NCBI RefSeq assembly: GCF_006345805.1
Contig: NC_043008.1
Coordinates: 6,200,001-6,264,000, forward strand
Origin: Octopus sinensis
Lineage: Eukaryota
Reading direction: 5' to 3'
Length of the DNA: 64,000 nt
The position numbers and the translations under genes were made by a program. The notes under the pieces are model-generated. The model saw only the letters and a program-made list of their open reading frames with translations, made no database searches and was not told where the DNA came from. Position 1 is the first letter of the stretch. Each line of letters starts with the position of its first letter. Below, in pieces: positions 27,358 through 39,579 of the stretch.

Positions 27358-27986
27358 TTTTATTTGTTTCAGTCATTTGACTATGGCCATGCTGGAGCAC
27401 CACCTTTTAGTTGAACAAATTGACCCCAGGACTTATTCTTTGTAAGCTTAGTACTTATTCTATTGGTTCTTTTGCCAAACTGCTAATTACAGTGATGTAA
27501 ATACACCAGCATCGGTTGTCAAGCAATGGCTATACGAATTTGGCTGTGCCACCTTCTAGCCGAACAATTATTCTGTGCTGATGAATAGAAATAAGCCAGA
27601 AATCACGATACACAGATATTGTTTTGAACTGAGTGGGGGTGCTAGATTCCCTTATTCGAAATTATAAGGACACAGATCGTGTCGTACAGCCAACTGGAGA
27701 GAATGTCTCCTGGGGCTAAATTACAGCAACATTCGTCCTAAACCAGGACTGCCATGTTATGTTGACAAACAATCTTTACTCCAAAGTACTGTTGCTGAAT
27801 ATCTCTCGTGAGATTTACAAATAGTAATTTTCTTTCGGTTTCTGTCCACCAAATCCACTCACAAGGCTTTGGTCAGCCCAAGGCTATAGTAGAAGCCACT
27901 TGCCCAAGGTGCCATGCTGTGGGACTGAACCTGGAACCTTGTGGTTGGGAAGCAAGTTTCTTCCCATACAGTCACAGCTGTGCCTA
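27358..27986 (-). mobile_element. SINE family A split by a ~300-bp unrelated repeat piece (27529-27827)
   Basis: 3' half at 27358-27528 and 5' half at 27828-27986; insert shares gtaatttagccccagg with the 7263-7362 element. Confidence 0.65.
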
Positions 27987-28515
27987 CTGCATGAATTTGC
28001 AATTTTCTCTGAAAATATTTGTTTGCTAAATAAAAATAAAATAATTTTCCCAGATGTATTGAGTTGATTTTCAGATATATGTTACTTCCAATAAAATGCA
28101 TGGAGATAAAAACTGTTGATATGAACCTTGGGAATTACTGGTATGTAATCTACAGACTTAGCGCAGTTGAAAGGTGAAATGCAATGAGACAAGATTGGAA
28201 CTTGTAAGCCATCTCCTTCAGATTCCATAAGATAAATACTTATTTTAAGAAGACTGTCAGAAAAGTAATATGTTTAGATAAGTGATAAACTTTCGGTGGA
28301 ATTAATTTCTGTGGAATTAATTTCTGTGGAATTAATTTCTGTTTTTCAGTGAAAAGCCTAATCATGCACTGTAAAGTATTCTATTTACTGACTCAGTTAT
28401 TACAAATGTATTTGAATTTCTTTTCTCTAACGTTAATATTTTAGAGACATTAAGAGACAAATGACTGGAGCTTGTTTAATTCCGAAACTATCTTCTCCAA
28501 TAATTTTACTACCTC

Positions 28516-28792
28516 GTATTTCCTTTTTGGATTTGGTTTGCAAGATTCTTTATATGAGTTCGTGTGTTGAAGCATATTCTGTTGTGTCTGGGGAGAGTCA
28601 TCTTCTTTTTGTGCCTTATAATATAACACACACACCGGTAAAATTTCCACTTATTCCTTATTTATATTTTCCTAAAATTTTCGTTGCGTCTTGCAACCTT
28701 TTCAATAGTCAAGACTAAGTGGAAATTTTACTGGTGAGTGTGTTACCTTATAAGGCACAAAAAGAAAATGACTCTTCCCAGACACAACAGAA
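28516..28792. mobile_element. Fold-back element family P2 with candidate 11-bp target-site duplication
   Basis: Arms 28576-28653 and 28716-28793; tttactacctc at 28505-28515 and 28793-28803. Confidence 0.7.
28672..28708 (-). ncRNA. Candidate minimal type-I hammerhead ribozyme, U3-A8 core variant (family P2)
   Basis: Minus strand reads cta TTGAAAA g gttgc-aagac-gcaac GAAA ATTT tag: 3-bp stem I, perfect 5-bp stem II, palindromic AATT stem III, cleavage triplet UUU. Confidence 0.55.
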
Positions 28793-29009
28793 TTTACTAC
28801 CTCAGTTACATTTATTAACCATTTACTGCGTTAACAGTTATTGTTGTCACCATCACTCTTGATACCAAGAGAGGGGACAGAGAGAATGAGAGAGAGAGAG
28901 AGAGAGAGGAGAGAGAAAGGGAGAAAACGAGAAAGAGTGGGAAGAGGGAGAGGAACAGTGGCATGCAGTGAGAAAGAAAGGGTTTAGGATACGATAGAAG
29001 TGGACGGGG

Positions 29010-29395
29010 GAGAGAAGAGGACCCTGTGCACACCTGCCACTTATGAAAACTACCTTCGATGTTACCTTACTCGTAAACCTATTACACCTCTTGTTATCCT
29101 TTTGTTTGCACTAGGCTCACCTCTTGGGGTTTCTGTCTCCTCCTTTTCTCTGTGGAAAACACAATCACTTCCTTGGATATGTCAAAATCCTGTCATCTTT
29201 CCAATTTAGTGTAAATTTGGGAGCCTTCAATTCTAGAGTTTGTTACTATGTCTGGAATTTCTTCTCCAAATTTTCAACAGATTCTATTAAAAGAATCCCC
29301 ATGAACAGCCAGTTTTCAACACTTCTATCATAGCTTGGAATACTACAATAAACAAGGGACTGCTGAGAACTGATCCCTGAGGGATCCTGTGTCTG
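29010..29395 (-). mobile_element. RTE LINE RT remnant with Cys-rich segment
   Basis: QGSVLSSPLFIVVFQAMIEVLKTGCSW, IESVENLEKKFQT, then a decayed C..RKG..RN..R...CK....KRC segment; YADD region deleted. Confidence 0.7.
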
Positions 29396-29398
29396 CAC

Positions 29399-29640
29399 GT
29401 GGAGGCACATGGCTTAGTTTGCTTAAGTGTTGGACTCGTGATTGTAAGATTGCAGTTTCGATTCCTGGCCTGGGCAACACATCCTGTTCTTGAGCAAAAC
29501 ACTTCATTTCACATTGCTGAAGTCCATTCGGTCGGCAAAAATGAGTAATCTTACAATCCAGGTGGGTGGGTTTGGGGGAAGATACATGCCATGGAAATCG
29601 GGAAACCATTCCTCGTGGGTCAGCATAACTCGAGAAGGTT
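29399..29640 (+). mobile_element. SINE family B (head 2)
   Basis: gtggaggcacatggcttagt...cttgagcaaaacacttcatttc. Confidence 0.7.
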
Positions 29641-29761
29641 TTTACTACCTGTATCTGCTGATTTTATAACTGAAATCATTGCTACCCCCCCCCCTGCTCA
29701 CAAACTGCACTGCTGTACATAGTTTACCTCACCCCATAAACCATTCATAATCCTAAATACC

Positions 29762-29984
29762 TATTTCTTTACTACCCACAAAGGGCTAAACACAGAGAGG
29801 ACAATCAAGGACAGACAAACGGATTAAGTCGATTACATCGACCCCAGTGCGTAACTGGTACTTAATTTATTGACCCCGAAAGGATGAAAGGCAAAGTCGA
29901 CCTCGGCGGAATTTGAACTCAGAACGTAACGGCAGACGTAACGCATTTCGCCCGACGTGCTAACGTTTCTGCCAGCTCACCGCC
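29762..29984 (-). mobile_element. SINE family C with ~10-bp TSD
   Basis: cctaaatacc at 29752-29761 and 29983-29992. Confidence 0.85.
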
Positions 29985-30190
29985 TAAATACCATTTACAT
30001 AGTTATAGTGACTTAAGTTTGCATTACAATAAAGAATAACTAAAATCTATATCATATTTTATTTTCGATGGAGTTTATTATATTCAACAATGATTAGTTG
30101 TAAATTTAAGCATAAAAGAATTTATAAAAATGCACTTATTCTAATTTATATACAATTTATACCATTCTATAAATCGTACATTGATAAATG

Positions 30191-30227
<37 letters not shown>

Positions 30228-30781
30228 ATTACTCCCATTGTCCTGTTAGAGATTTTTCCCACTTGATATGCACGTGTGTCTGTACATGCATATATGTATA
30301 CATATAAAGCTGTTGCTATGTTGTGCATAGGATTGTATGCATGGCTCGTTACTTTCATATGCATCGGTGACAGTTTACCAGACACTAATCTCACGTCACT
30401 TTCCCACCATTTACATTAAGTGTAGCTAATTAACTGTGAAAAGCAACAGCGGTTAAATTCAACAACAACTTAATATGCAAACTTAAGCAAGACAAACATT
30501 TAAAAACAGTGGAAACTAAGGAAATATAATTAATTCAGAATAATGAAATTGAAGTTAATTTAGTGAAAACCTTGTATTAAAAATATTAAAAATGCAAAAA
30601 TATGCTTTTACGAAACCCATTGGAAAATAGAAGATTATATTAAATTGAAGCAATATTTTTATTGTATTAGCAAATATGGGAGATACATATTTAAATGTTT
30701 CGATCTTACTGGGGATCATCAGTAGAACCACGATCTTAATGTGATTTCAGCCAATGCTTCAGTTTGAATAATATTTACATA

Positions 30782-31172
30782 GGCGCAGGAGTGGCTGTGT
30801 GGTAAGTAGCTTGCTAACCAACCACATGGTTCCGGGTTCAGTCCCACTGCGTGGCATCTTGGGCAAGTGTCTTCTGCTATAGCCCCGGGCCGACCAATGC
30901 CTTGTGAGTGGATTTGGTAGACGGAAACTGAAAGAAGCCCGTCATATATGTGTATATTATGCGTGTTTGTGTGTCTGTGTTTGTCCCCCTAGCATTGCTT
31001 GACAACCGATGCTGGTGTGTTTACGTCCCCGTTACTTAGCGGTTCGGCAAAAAGAGACCGATAGAATAAGTACTGGGCTTACAAAGAATAAGTCCCGGGG
31101 TCGAGTTGCTCGACTAAAGGCGGTGCTCCAGCATGGCCGCGGTCAAATGACTGAAACAAGTAAAAAAAAAAA
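30782..31172 (+). mobile_element. tRNA-headed SINE family A, full length, with CORE-like segment
   Basis: ggcgcaggagtggctgtgtggtaag (A box), ggttcagtccc (B box), ttgggcaagtgtctt CORE-like segment, central (TA/TG)n, tail tgactgaaacaagtaaaa. Confidence 0.85.
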
Positions 31173-31179
31173 TATTATT

Positions 31180-31655
31180 ATTGTAGAGGGAACGTGTGGA
31201 AGGGGTAGACCTAAGAAGACAAGGGACAACGTGGTGAGAAAGGACCTACAGATGTTGGGATTCACTGAGGGGATGACAGGAGATTGAGACTTTGAGTGGT
31301 TTGCTGTGCTTGAAAAGACATGTCAAGCTAAGTAAAAGTGTGGTTGTCCTTGCATACAGGCTTGTCCCCTGCAACCCTCTCCAGCTGAGCATCCCTGATC
31401 TCACAGCCTTGTAGATGCTGGTGCCGCGTAAAAAGCACCCTTGTCGGGTGCTGTGTTAAAGCACCCGGTACATTCTGTAAAGTGGTTGGCATTGAGAAGA
31501 GCATTCAGCCATAGAAACCATGCCAAAACAGACAGGGAACCTGGAGAGCCCTTCTGCTGGTTCAGCTCCTATCAAAACATCCAACCCGTGCCAGCATGGA
31601 AAACGGACATTAAAGGATGAGGACAATGATGATAATGATGATGATGATGAGGAGG
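31180..31655 (+). mobile_element. RTE LINE 3' end, ORF through 3' UTR to (GAT)n tail
   Basis: VEGTCGRGRPKKTRDNVVRKDLQMLGFTEGMTGD continuous with family-D UTR, which shows D repeats are RTE 3' ends. Confidence 0.8.
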
Positions 31656-32125
31656 AGGAGGAGGAGGATTACGCATATTTTCAATGTTATTACTGTTACA
31701 AATTAAATAATACAAGTAAAGGGTAGGGTTAGGCCACAACCATTGCCCCATGGCACTTGCAAATGAATTCTTATGCTTGAAATGCTTGATCGACTTTGCA
31801 TTTCGACCTTCAGGCATTGCAAGAAATCCTTATTAGAAAATCATAAAAAAAACCAAAATGTTCTCTTTCAGCATTGTTATGATTTAGAGACAATCATCCA
31901 AGCTGGAAATCAGGAGGTACTTATGCATGTGTGTGTGTGCATGTGTGTACGTGTGTGTGTGTGTGCACATGTTTTTGTATATGTGCATATGCTTGTGTGT
32001 AAGATGTGTGTGGGGATATGAAGTGTGTGAGGGTGTGTTTGCGCATGTGTTTGTGTGTGTGCATCTGTGAGATGTGTGTGTGTGTTTGTGTGCGAGGGGG
32101 TGTGTATATGTAAGTTGTGTGGTAT

Positions 32126-32330
32126 GTACACATTTGGGTGTGTGTGTGGAGTATATACAATTTGGGTGTGTGTGGGGGTGTACAATGTGGGTGTGGGGGT
32201 GCACAATTTGGGTGTGTGTGGGTGTGTGGGATGTATAATTTGGGTGGATGTGGGGGTGTACAATTTGGGTGCATGTGTGTGGGGATGTACAATTTGGTTG
32301 TGTGTGTGGGGGGGACGTACAATTTGGACC
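32126..32330. repeat. G-rich ~25-30-bp minisatellite with TACAATTTGG anchor
   Basis: About eight anchor copies separated by (GT)n/G-runs. Confidence 0.8.
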
Positions 32331-32518
32331 CCCCCCACCCAAAATGTTCTTGCAAGTTTAGACCCTGCTACACCCTACCCAACCTGATTGATACTGTCTC
32401 ATCATCTCCCAGTCAATCACCTCCCTACCATCCCCCACCTCTCCACCCACATACCATCTCTTCTAGTCATTCCTTATACTGATGGAATTCATAATGTTAG
32501 CAGTGTCTGGTAGTTGTT

Positions 32519-32934
32519 ATTTATTTCTTTACTACCCACAAGGGGCTACAACCACAGGGGACAAACAAGGACAGACAAACTGATTAAGTCGATAATATCG
32601 ACCCCAGTGCGTAACTGGTATACTTAATTTATTGACCTTGAAAGGATGAAATGCAAAGTCGACCTTGGCGGAATTTGAACTCAGACCATAGCGGCAGACG
32701 AAATACCTGTTTCTTTATTACTCACCAGGGGCTAAACACAGAGGGGACAAACAAGGACAGACATAGGTATTAAGTCGATTACATCAACCCCAGTGCGTAA
32801 TTGGTACTTAATTTATTGTCCCTGAAGGATGAAAGGCAAAGTCGACCTCGGCGGAATTTGAACTCAGAACCTAGTGGCAGACGAAATACCGCTAAGCATT
32901 TTTCCTGGCATGCTAACGTTTCTGCCAGCTCACA
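32519..32934 (-). mobile_element. SINE family C dimer with 10-bp TSD around both units
   Basis: ggtagttgtt at 32509-32518 and 32935-32944; junction at 32706/32707. Confidence 0.85.
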
Positions 32935-33958
32935 GGTAGTTGTTCTCATTCCCTCTTCTATACTGCCAATCAGCATTCCCATTTCTCAGATCCACTTGTT
33001 CTTAACGCCCAACACCTACAGTTACCATTGTTCCCTGCCATTAATCTCCATCACTCTCCACCACTCTTTCATCTCAATCACTGTCTCTACGCACACTTCT
33101 GCTGCCTTCACTTGCCCATCCTGGTCCCTCCATCATCTTTTTCTCTTCAAGTCATCCTCGTGTTATCTAACTGAAAGGAATATTTTTTTTCGTTATACTA
33201 AAGAATATATATATATATAAGAAAATTGACGAGGAAGCCAAATAGAGATAAAAATGAGAAATAAGTCAGAAGAAATGGAAATTGATGAAAGAAAGATAAT
33301 GTTGGTAAAAATGATGCAATACGCAAAAAAAAAACCATACACTATTTTCCTTATAAAAATAGGAAATAATGTACTGGGGTGGGGATTTCGATCACTTGGA
33401 TCTGGTGGTGAAATAAAGTTAATTCTAGTCCTGTTGCATTTTTATTTATTCATTTCGCTAAGTGAGGAATTCACCCTAAGTCATAATAGCAGCATTCTAA
33501 GAATATTTCTAGCTGAACGCAGAGTCAGATGAGAAGAATAAACCCATATAAGAACAGTTCAACCATTCAATATGGAAATATTGGAATATATTACATTCTG
33601 TGATAGATAATACAGCATAAACGGATTTACACTTGACTGAGAAAAAAAGGAACCAAGAAAAAAAGCTTTGGTTCGGTCCTTATCTTTTCCATCAAACTGG
33701 TTACCACGGCAACAGCAATAACAACAACAAGTTAATGGTGGTGTCTCTTATATGGTCACTTGCTCAATTGAAAATAGCAGCCAGGTCTTTGATTCGTAGT
33801 GTAACATCTTAAAAAGTGTAAGGGACTCAGGAGGTTGTGGGGTTAGGGAAATGCTGACTAAAAAAAGAAAGGATAGACACGGCTGGAAAGAACTTTGGAC
33901 AAAGATTGGATCAATAGAGGTCAATCGCTGATCTGGACCTAACCCTAACCACAGAAGT

Positions 33959-33992
<34 letters not shown>

Positions 33993-34492
33993 ACAACAAC
34001 AACAACAATAACATCATCATCAACAACAACATCATCATCATCATCATCATCAACAACAACAACATCAACATCAATAGCAACAGAGTGAGAAAATAAAGCT
34101 CGAGAGAAGAGAAATAGAAAAGCTTTCCCCATCGCTATTGACTCGCTTCTCTTTAAGTAAAAATGCGTCTGTAATATTTCTTACAGACATTATTGGTGAA
34201 CATCTAGCAGAAATTGGATGTCTGGAGATTATCCCCGGAGACTCTTTTAGTTGATGTTTCTCTTTCACCTCAAAACATAACTCTTAACATTGTAAGCTGA
34301 CCCCACCCCGCACCCCCCGTTTAGCCTCTTGGCAAAGTGCAAACTTGAACTGCAAGGGAATCGAATGCAACTTGGATTACAATTCCCAGCACAAATTTAC
34401 TGAAATTTAATAACTACTCTCAAAAGCGAGGAGAGAAAATAAAACTCAGGCTGTATGTTCAAGGTCTCCAGAACCAAAAAAAAAAATTACAC

Positions 34493-34532
<40 letters not shown>

Positions 34533-34801
34533 TATTAATGATAATCATCGTCGTCGTCATCGTTATCATGGTAGCGAGCTGGCAGAAACTTTAGCATGCC
34601 AGGCGAAAATGCATCGCAGCACTACGTCCGTCTTTGTGTTCTGAGTTCGAATTCTGCTGAGGTCAACTTTGCCTTTTATCCTTTTTTTGGGGGGGGGGGG
34701 AGGGTCGATAAAGCAAGTACCAGTTGAACACTTGGGTCGATGTAATCGACTTATCCCCTCCCCCAAAATGGCTGCCTGTGTGGCGAAATTTGAAACCATC
34801 A

Positions 34802-34895
<94 letters not shown>

Positions 34896-35047
34896 ATTTC
34901 AGGCCTTGTGCCTAGAGTAGAAAAGAAATGTTAGCATGCCAAGTGAAACACTTAGTGGTATTTCATCAGTCGTTCTGGGTTCAAATTCCACTGAGGTCGA
35001 CTTTGCCTTTCACCCTTTCGGGGGCGATAAATTAAGTATCAGTTGTG

Positions 35048-35454
35048 TACTCTTTTACTCTTTTACTTGTTTCAGTCATTTGACTGCGGCCATGCTGGAG
35101 CACCACCTTTAATCGAGCAACTCGACCCCGGGACTTATTCTTTGTAAGCCCAGCACTTATTCTATCGGTTTCTTTTACCGAACTGCTAAGTGACGGCGAC
35201 GTAAACACACCAGCATCGGTTGTCAAGCAATGCTAGGGGGACAAACACAGACACACAAACATACACGCACATAAATATATATACATATATACGATGGGCT
35301 TCTTTCAGTTTCCGTCTACCAAATCCACTCACAAGGCTTTCGTCGGCCCAAGGCTATAGTAGAAGACACTTGCCCAAGGTGCCACGCAGTGGGACTGAAC
35401 CCAGAACCATGTGGTTGGTAAACAAGCTACTTACCACACAGCCACTCCTGCGCC
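35048..35454 (-). mobile_element. SINE family A, full length
   Basis: Near-identical to other A copies; abuts a truncated C copy at 34925-35050. Confidence 0.85.
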
Positions 35455-36313
35455 TATACACAATATTTTATCATTCTGTGAAGGATTGTATTAATAATAG
35501 TTTAGAATTTTGCCACAAGACTAGCAAGTTTAGGGGGAGAGGATAAGTTAATTACACTGAACCCCAGTATGCAACTGGTACTTATCTTATCGACCCTGAA
35601 AGGATGAAAAGCAAAGTTGGCCTCAGCAGAATTTGAACTCAGAATGTAAAGACAGATGAAATGCAGTTAAGCATTTTGTCTGGTGTGCTAATGATTCCAC
35701 CAGCTCACAGCCTTAAGGGGATTGCGTTATTAATATTAATAAAATTGGTAAATGGCTTTTAACCAGAAGATAGAATTGACATGAAGCTTGAAGACGGGAT
35801 CATTGTGATCCATTGATCAATCATTACAACAATGGACTGGAATTCATCAACATCATCAACATCATCATTATATAACTTATAAATAGCTTAGTCATAGAAA
35901 TTTTATGTGGATCTATTTCCTCGTGGTTAAATCTCAAAATGATTTATTTGCTTATTTTTAATTGGAGGAGATATGTGCTGAAGGGGTCGGAAAGGAAGTG
36001 GGAGATGCCTAGCATGCACTATGTGCAAACAGATTCTTTGAATTAATCATTTTGAAACTTTTTTTTTTCTGAAAATTGATCCTGTTTCTATAGATAGTCT
36101 TCTAATGATTAATTGCGACAGCATTTATATTTTTATGTCAAAGAATCCACTGAAAATAATTGTTATGGTTATTTCAGAGTGACCCTTTAAATTTCCAGTT
36201 ACTCCAGCTTTCAAAAATGTTGATACATTCATGTATTCTGTTGATAATATTTTTGATTAGGCCCTAGGGTAGCTGTGTGGAAGTAGAAAAGAATATTTTA
36301 TACAAAGCATAAA

Positions 36314-36600
36314 GTGAAGGCGGATGGCTTAATGGTTAGGGTATTAGGCTCATGAGTGCAAAGCCATGAGTTCAATTCTTGATGATGCATTGTGTCTCTG
36401 AGCAAAGCACTTTATTCCACATTGCTCCAGTCCAACTCAGCTGCCAAAAAGAAGTAGTACCTGATGTTCAAAAGGGCCAGCCTTATCCCATTCTGTTAAG
36501 GATACGTGTGTCTATTGAATGCTCAGGCACTTGGATGCTGTGGCTATTCCTTTGATCAGATCAACTGGAATCGTTGTCATGGTAACCAATGGAGTGCCAC
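36314..36600 (+). mobile_element. SINE family B (head 2 + tail 1), old
   Basis: Head 2 body joined to aagggccagcc...ggagtgccac tail. Confidence 0.65.
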
Positions 36601-38308
36601 TTGTATAAAGTATCCAACGATAATGGAGACAACAATGTAAGTTTCATGTTTAGAGAAGAATATGTGGCTTAGCTTAGTCCAAGCTGTTGTCAGTTTTTAC
36701 TTTACTCTTCAAGTTCTCTTCAGTTATATCTTGAGATGGCTGTCAGTATAATGCAATTTCATGAGAAATATTTTCCCTTACAAATATTCATGTACATCCA
36801 CACACACCACACACACACACACATGTAGGTATATATGCACATACACACACATATATGTACGTATATGCACACATACACATATGTTCTCCACAAGGCAATC
36901 CATAATTACTCTTAAAGATACAGTTTTTACCAAAAGTGCTCAACAAATATGCATAAAATTATGAATTATTTGGGGCTATGATATAAGTCAAAGCAAAGGC
37001 AGAAAGTGCTAATGACTGATACATGGCATAAAAAAAATATGTATATTCTTACCTCATAGCTAGTTTTATATACAACACACAGAACTTAAAAGAAAACTTT
37101 GGTATAAAAGTTCATATAGCTTAACATAGATAATAGAGTTAGAAAACAGAAAAAATGTCATTGAATATGACTGATGTATATCATTATAAGACCTCTATTT
37201 AGGAAATCTGATAAGTATGTTATCTATATCATAAGATAGGTGAACTCCAAATGAACTTACCTGTATCATCATACAAAAATGGCAGACTCAGGAATATGAG
37301 GCAGAAGCGCTTACCGAAATTACAAACATTTCCTCCACTACCATCTTGAATAAATCAGATAAACTTAATAACTGAATGAAGAGTCTGGAAGTCTTCTGGT
37401 AGGATTAGAAGACATATTGATGCTGACACTGTTGGCACCAACAACACATGTAGCAGAAGACATACTGTTGGCACCAACAAAACGGATGATGGTAGGAATG
37501 GTGGTTTGGTTGATAATAAGGTTGATGGAAATGAAGAACAATGCATTTCTGGAGTCTACCTCATAAACAAATATATTTATTTGTTTAACCATTTGCGAAG
37601 ATTAGAACATAGCATCAGTTCTAGATGATTCTGGATTATATTGTGTTCTGATGCCATGCTTCTGAGACCTAATTTGTAGTTAACGGATTTCTAGTGTTGA
37701 TTTTATGATAAGAATTCATACAGCAATTTCTTTCTCATTATTCATTCTTTGAAATGGTAATGCCATCATTATATTTCACTATTTACTATGTATTATCAGA
37801 TAGAAGCAATTTTGGCATTAATCCACAAAGGAATAGGCAAAGTTGATAAAGAATTATTACAAATCCTTAGATGATTTCACAAAGCTTATGTAATCCAAAT
37901 GTCAATGTCAATGTCACAGAGCAGAAAAATATAGAAAAATGAACAAAAGAACAAAAAATATTTCTAACAAAATAACAGAAATGTTAACAGCTCTTGCTAC
38001 ACATAAATAATGACGACTGTCAATATCCAGTTGCCTTTTTGACTTCATAAATATCCTCCGTCAGATGAAGTGAGCAGAAATATTTCTAATCAAGGGGAAA
38101 AATACAAAGTAAGTTGTGATGTCAAACATAATAAGCCATTAAGAAATATTTTAAAGACAAAGGAGATAACGAGGGTCAGAGAAATAAAGAATATTTGACC
38201 AGTGAAGTCTGTTATAGATTTGATATCAGACATGGAGAAGATATATAGCTTGGGGCTGGATGTAGGACTGTGGAGTGTCAGTCACTGAAAGTTAGTTTGT
38301 CGAAGCAA

Positions 38309-38580
38309 TCATCATCATCATCATCATCGTTTAACGTCTGCTTTCCATGCTAGCATGGGTTGGACGATTTGACTGAGGGCTGACGAACCAGATGACTGCA
38401 CCAAGCTCAAGTCTCGATCTGGCAGAGTGTCTACAGCTGGATGCCCTTCATAACACCAACCACTCCGAGAGTGCAGTGGGTGCTTTTTATGTGCCACCGA
38501 CACGGGGGCCAGTCAGGTGGTACTGGCAACGACCTCGCTAGAATCTTTTTACACATGCCACCGGCACAGGTGCCAGTAAG
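38309..38580 (-). mobile_element. RTE 3' UTR (family D)
   Basis: (cat)n cgtttaacgtctgctttccatgctagc... Confidence 0.8.
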
Positions 38581-39395
38581 TAATATCTTCTGATATTACT
38601 TACTGGTACCTGCTCTCAATAATCACATTTCAGTGTGTGTGTGTGTGTGTGTGTGTGTGGTGTAATGAGTGCCAATGCAGGGTGTGCTTGTGATTTAAAT
38701 GGTTGCTGTCACTTTGAAAGACGAATAGATTGGAGGGGAGAAAAAAGTGTTCAAAATAAAATATTGCATAGAATTACTGAGTCCATAAAACAATCTAATG
38801 TAATTGCGTAGAAGAATTAAATCGCCGTCATTGTTACAAAATATTTAAGTTGCGATTTTAAAATAAATAAAAAAATCCAAATAAATAAAATCTCTGTAAA
38901 TAAAACAAAGAACTCGAAGCCAAAAGAATGGGGTGCAGCAGTTAAACCAAACTCAATCGGAAAACATAAACAAAGGAGAAACCTTGTGTTTTATTTCCAC
39001 ATTTACTTGGATAGGTTTCATTTTAGATGATGTTGGGTGTTGGTAATAATTTAGGTGTTATATTTGTTAGGAATATTTTTACTGGAAGAAACGTTTTCAG
39101 AGGAAAACATGTAAAGAAAGAAAGAACAAACAAGCAGAACATCATTTTAAGCTTCGTGACATTACAAACAACTTCCTTTTCTTTTCATGGAACATATTTG
39201 ATTGTCATACTTAACGATATCTTTGTCTTTTTTGTCATTTTTATTTTAATTACTTTTGTTCTTTCCTCCACAGTTTAAATACAAAATAAATAAAACCAAC
39301 GAATTATTTTACGTAAAGCGGATTAATTATTCTACTTCAGTTTTCAAAGTTTTGAACACTCTGAAGACTGGCTTTGCAGTATATATATACATACA

Positions 39396-39433
<38 letters not shown>

Positions 39434-39466
39434 ATATATATATATATAATATATATATATATATAC

Positions 39467-39497
<31 letters not shown>

Positions 39498-39523
39498 CAT
39501 ACATATATATATATTATATATAT

Positions 39524-39579
<56 letters not shown>

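Noticed and set aside
27575-27606. CTGATGA...GAAA hammerhead candidate
   Set aside because: Stem II is broken and there is no room for stem III
30782-30855. tRNA gene (also the B, C and E heads)
   Set aside because: A/B boxes present but each continues into a SINE body; no credible cloverleaf
33838-33950. Telomere-like TTAGGG/CCCTAA units
   Set aside because: Only one or two isolated units
33911-34132. ORF starting with signal-peptide-like MGKAFLFLFSRALFSHSVA
   Set aside because: Runs straight into trinucleotide repeats and a stop; no splice support
34185-34268. Possible 84-bp in-frame exon ending in gtaaga
   Set aside because: Acceptor is GAG without a polypyrimidine tract, and the peptide is not Ig-like
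37262-37345. Strong minus donor cag|gtaagt preceded by a hydrophobic stretch (KRFCLIFLSLPF)
   Set aside because: No in-frame ATG or good acceptor; upstream stop
37408-37480. CRISPR-like repeat actgttggcaccaacaa x2
   Set aside because: Only two copies, eukaryotic context, no cas genes; an imperfect local duplication
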